Shown here piece by piece: positions 60,562 through 64,000 of a stretch of 64,000 nt of DNA. Source of the DNA: an uncultured candidate division Zixibacteria bacterium (GTDB taxonomy: Bacteria > Zixibacteria > MSB-5A5 > GN15 > PGXB01); the NCBI GenBank assembly GCA_963702205.1, contig OY969724.1, positions 1,472,001-1,536,000 of the forward strand. The letters are read 5' to 3'. The notes beneath the pieces were generated by a model, which saw nothing but the letters and a program-made list of their open reading frames with translations, was not told the origin of the DNA and ran no database searches. The position numbers and the translations under genes are program-made. Position 1 is the stretch's first letter. Every line of letters starts with the position of its first letter.

Positions 60562-60779
60562 ATTGTACTTATGACTATAAGCCCAGGTATGGGAATATTC
60601 CAATAATGCACGAATTGCAAAATGCCAGATTCTTGGCAAATGACAATGATCCCTGATATGGGGCCGTAGTCAAACCTGTTGGGATTAAACCACATATGGA
60701 AGCTTTCGGGAAATATTATTCGTTGTGCCTTATGTGTTTATGATGAAATTTAAGGCGCGATAATATTGCCGTGCGGCAT

Positions 60780-60794
60780 TGGCACCCGGTTTGC
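60780..60794 (+). promoter_or_regulatory. Sigma54 -24/-12 promoter of pilin 2
   Basis: TGGCACCCGGTTTGC, near-consensus. Confidence 0.85.
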
Positions 60795-60860
60795 CATAAT
60801 AGTCAGCGTGAAAATTTGCAAACCAAAACCAAAGTACTAAAATCTGTAGGAGGATTTTAA

Positions 60861-61292
60861 ATGTTCACCAAATTCCACAACCGTCAGAAGGGTTTCACCC
60901 TTATCGAATTGATGATCGTGGTCGTTATCATCGGTATTCTGGCCGCGCTCGCTATTCCGCGTTTCATGACTGCTACCACCAAATCCAAGCAGTCGGAAGC
61001 CAAGCAGCTGCTCAAGCAGATTTATACTATGGAACGCACCTACCGCCAGCAGAACAACACCTACTGGGGTCAGGGATCAGTCGCCAGCGCCGCGGCTCCC
61101 AATGGTTTCGCCACCATAGGTGTTGAAATTATGGCCTCGGCTATTTATACCTACACGATTAACACGGCCGACGCCACCAACCTGCTGGTTACGGCCAACA
61201 GCGCCGTCCTCGACGACGACGTAGCTCCGGATACCTGGACCATTAACGAGCAGGGTGTGTTGCTCTGTACTTCGGACGACTCGATTCTCTAA
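60861..61292 (+). CDS. pilA: Type IV pilin 2, probably the major pilin
   Basis: KG|FTLIELM; strong SD AGGAGG; own sigma54 promoter and terminator. Confidence 0.88.
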   Translation: MFTKFHNRQKGFTLIELMIVVVIIGILAALAIPRFMTATTKSKQSEAKQLLKQIYTMERTYRQQNNTYWGQGSVASAAAPNGFATIGVEIMASAIYTYTINTADATNLLVTANSAVLDDDVAPDTWTINEQGVLLCTSDDSIL

Positions 61293-61321
61293 GAATTCCG
61301 GTCACTGTTTGCCATATATCA

Positions 61322-61353
61322 AGACGCCCCGATTCGAATCGGGGCGTCTATTT
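61322..61353 (+). terminator. Terminator after pilin 2
   Basis: AGACGCCCCGATT-CG-AATCGGGGCGTCT. Confidence 0.75.
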
Positions 61354-61369
61354 ATGTACTTATTTCTTT

Positions 61370-61615
61370 GAATAAGGTCTCACCATAAAAATGGGCATGA
61401 CCTGACACAATGTATAAGACGTTGGGGCAGATGTGGACATCTGCCGCCCACAACGATGTACTCACCCGTTGGGTGAGCTACAAGAATTCTTGCTAGGTCC
61501 GGCAACCGGCAGATACAGCTTATATTTGCCGATTACAGCAACCAGTACGTTGTGATCGGCGGGTCCTCAGACCCGCCGCTAACCCGGTCGATCTGTGGAT
61601 CGACCGGGCACAAAG
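61370..61615. repeat. REP-like palindrome cluster
   Basis: Shares modules with 2427-3185 and 7350-7670. Confidence 0.8.
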
Positions 61616-61672
61616 ATTAATCAGCGTGGTTCTAAATTAATCGCATGACTGGTGCATTTAGTCAAGAGAAGA

Positions 61673-62067
61673 ACTGGATTCCCGCCTACGCGGGAATGAC
61701 ACTTGTCCGGCTATAGAGATGATGTTGCATGCTACTGGATTCCCGCCTACGCGGGAATGACACTTGTCCGGCTATAGAGATGATGTTGCATGCTACTGGA
61801 TTCCCGCCTACGCGGGAATGACACTTGTCCGGCTATAGAGATGATGTTGCATGCCACTGGATTCCCGCCTGCGCGGGAATGACACTTGTCCGGCTATAGA
61901 GATGATGTTGCATGCTACTGGATTCCCGCCTGCGCGGGAATGACACTTGTCCGGCTATAGAGATGATGTTGCATGCTACTGGATTCCCGCCTGCGCGGGA
62001 ATGACACTTGTCCGGCTATAGAGATGATGTTGCATGCTACTGGATTCCCGCCTACGCGGGAATGACA
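61673..62067. repeat. Tandem array: 7 copies of a 29-bp dRS3-like palindrome separated by 6 near-identical 32-bp linkers (61-bp period)
   Basis: Units start at 61673, 61734, 61795, 61856, 61917, 61978 and 62039. Confidence 0.95.
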
Positions 62068-62167
62068 TTATCCGACGCTTGGAGGAAATATATAAATTTC
62101 TGTGCGCGGCACTTGTCCACAAGTGCCCGAGCGTTTGGTATGGACATAAAAATGGGGCAGATGTAGA

Positions 62168-62320
62168 GAGGCTGTCCCAAAAGTACTCTTTTTAAGTTCC
62201 GCGGGGTCTTGTCCCGACGAAGTCGGGATGTGACCCTGCGGTCTTTCAACGGTTTCCGTCGGGTGACAATTTCGACCACGTCGAAATCAACACCCGACGG
62301 AACACTTTTGGGACAGCCTC
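62168..62320. mobile_element. 153-bp MITE with 17-bp perfect TIRs and TAGA target duplication
   Basis: TAGA-GAGGCTGTCCCAAAAGT...ACTTTTGGGACAGCCTC-TAGA. Confidence 0.85.
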
Positions 62321-62628
62321 TAGACATCTGTCGCCCACTTAACCCATAAGAATGGGCAGGACTTGACGCAGCTTGAAAGATGGATCCCGGGTCAAGCTCG
62401 AAATGACATCAAAAGCCGTTTTATGTTAAAATTCACATTTCCCCACAAAATAACCTTATGCGATATATTTTAACCGTCTGCTAATAAATGACTTACATTT
62501 AGTATTTCGCTGATTTTTCTTTCAGATTAAAGCCGTTTCAGCCGAAAATATACTATACATCCGGAGCGAGAGATATTATCGGTCCGGAAACTGAACTATG
62601 GTATAAGGCAAAATACGAGGCGAGGAAT

Positions 62629-64000
62629 ATGGTTAAGCATGACGAGCATATAGAATACGACGACAAGGGGACGCTGGCCCAGGTCTCCCGTTGGCTGTTG
62701 CCTATCGTAATTTTCCTGGGGGCGATGGGGTTTTATTTAAAGATGATGGCCCCATCGATTTTCTGGGGAGACTCGGCGGCCTTCGCGACGACCAATTATA
62801 TTCTCGGCATCCCGCCGTCGCCGTCGTTTCCTTTGTACACCCTGCTGGGGAGACTTTTCGCCGCCCTTCCGGGGATGACCGCGGCCTTTGCGGCCAACCT
62901 GATGTCGGTCTTTTTTGCGGCACTGTCGGCGATGGTTTTCTTCATGCTGGCGCGTCAGTTGATGGATGTCCCGGCCCTGACCGCCCGTGATTATCAAAAA
63001 ATAATGGATGGGAAAAAACTATTGTTCCATCGTCACGACCTCAAGCGGGCGGGGAAGATGCTCGACCTGGAGCGCGCCACCCAGCCTCCGGCGCTGGTCG
63101 CGCTGGCCTGTTTTGCCCTTACGGCTTTGTTTGCGGTTAGTCTGCCGGTGTGGTTGTCGGCGGTGCGGGCCGAGGTGTACTCATTACACCTGTTTATGAC
63201 TTTGCTCGCTGTGTACTTGTGCGCCCGTGGCCACGCCGAAAAATCCGAGAACCTGTTTCTGGCCGGGTTCTGGGTGTACGCTCTGAGTTTTGCCAACCAT
63301 CCTTTTCTGGCGCTCATCATGGCCCCGCCGTTTATATTGATATTCATATTGCACGTCCGTGAGGTCAAGTCCAAACCGGCCTTTGCCACGGCGGCCGTTT
63401 TATTTTTGATAATAGCGTTTTCGGTTTATACATATTTGCCGCTTCGCGGCGCTTTGGACCCGTCGGTCAACTGGGGGCGTCCCGACAATATGTCCTCGTT
63501 CTGGTCGGCGGTCTCGGGATCGGTAAACCTGGCCGATGTATCGTCGCCGAAAGCGTCCGATTACTGGCTGCGCATTTTAAATCTGGGGAAATTTGTCGGG
63601 GCGCAAATCGGCTGGCTGACCCTGGCTCTTGTCCCGCTCGGGTTCTGGGGACTTTATAAGGTATCACGACGGTTCAGTTGGTTTTTTGTGCTGGCGATTT
63701 TGTCGAATTTATTTCTTCTGCTTTGGACCGCCGAATTCTCGTCTCGTAACGCCGATATGGTGAGCTTCATGGCGCCGCTTCTGGCGATCCTTCTGTTGGT
63801 TGCCGTTTCCGGTTCGCTATATCAATTGAGGCGCTACATAGTGGCCAGAAATGCAGCCATCTACTTTTCGGTTTTTCTCGGTATCATGATATATTTTGCC
63901 GGCAACGGCAATATTGTCCGGGCCGATCTTTCGCAGGTGCACGCTCCCGATATCCTGTGCGATGAAATATTGAGCGATATTCCGGACAATTCGCTTTTGA
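62629..64000 (+). CDS. DUF2723 (TMEM260-like GT-C) membrane protein, truncated by window end
   Basis: Manual translation APSIFWGDSAAF..LGIPPSPSFPLYTLLG..ANLMS, later AEVYSL and NWGRP. Confidence 0.8.
   Translation, partial: MVKHDEHIEYDDKGTLAQVSRWLLPIVIFLGAMGFYLKMMAPSIFWGDSAAFATTNYILGIPPSPSFPLYTLLGRLFAALPGMTAAFAANLMSVFFAALSAMVFFMLARQLMDVPALTARDYQKIMDGKKLLFHRHDLKRAGKMLDLERATQPPALVALACFALTALFAVSLPVWLSAVRAEVYSLHLFMTLLAVYLCARGHAEKSENLFLAGFWVYALSFANHPFLALIMAPPFILIFILHVREVKSKPAFATAAVLFLIIAFSVYTYLPLRGALDPSVNWGRPDNMSSFWSAVSGSVNLADVSSPKASDYWLRILNLGKFVGAQIGWLTLALVPLGFWGLYKVSRRFSWFFVLAILSNLFLLLWTAEFSSRNADMVSFMAPLLAILLLVAVSGSLYQLRRYIVARNAAIYFSVFLGIMIYFAGNGNIVRADLSQVHAPDILCDEILSDIPDNSLL

Noticed and set aside
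60090..61292. Geobacter-type short conductive pilins
   Set aside because: Both are ~140-aa pilins with globular heads, not truncated e-pilins
61673..62067. CRISPR array
   Set aside because: Spacers are identical, no cas genes are present, and the repeat occurs as dispersed solo copies

Overview
Bacterial chromosomal window of moderate GC. The gene content suggests an uncultured diderm lineage such as an FCB-related candidate phylum (inference only). Core content: lptB (3' end)-rpoN-hpf; hbd/crotonase; M1 peptidase; dnaE; thiol-redox proteins; coaX; CIRCE-controlled groESL; a surface polysaccharide cluster; two tRNAs; guaB; rnpB; recJ; a B12 acyl-CoA mutase/propionyl-CoA carboxylase operon; and a PilR-like activator with two sigma54-driven type IV pilins. 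Intergenic gaps are full of REP-like palindromes. Main observations: (1) a complete IS110 (IS621-like) element inserted in the GTAG foot of a REP, with readable bridge-RNA target and donor guides, a circle-junction promoter and empty target sites in the window; (2) a 153-bp MITE inserted at a REP hairpin apex with a 4-bp duplication; (3) an archaeal-type GatE and a DRG-like GTPase in a bacterium; (4) a 7x dRS3-like 61-bp tandem array with CRISPR-like geometry but identical spacers, next to the pilins; (5) several apparently leaderless genes; (6) five frameshifts, four at or beside GTAC, suggesting long-read errors at a methylated motif; (7) ICM-type and MCM-type mutase paralogues in one operon.
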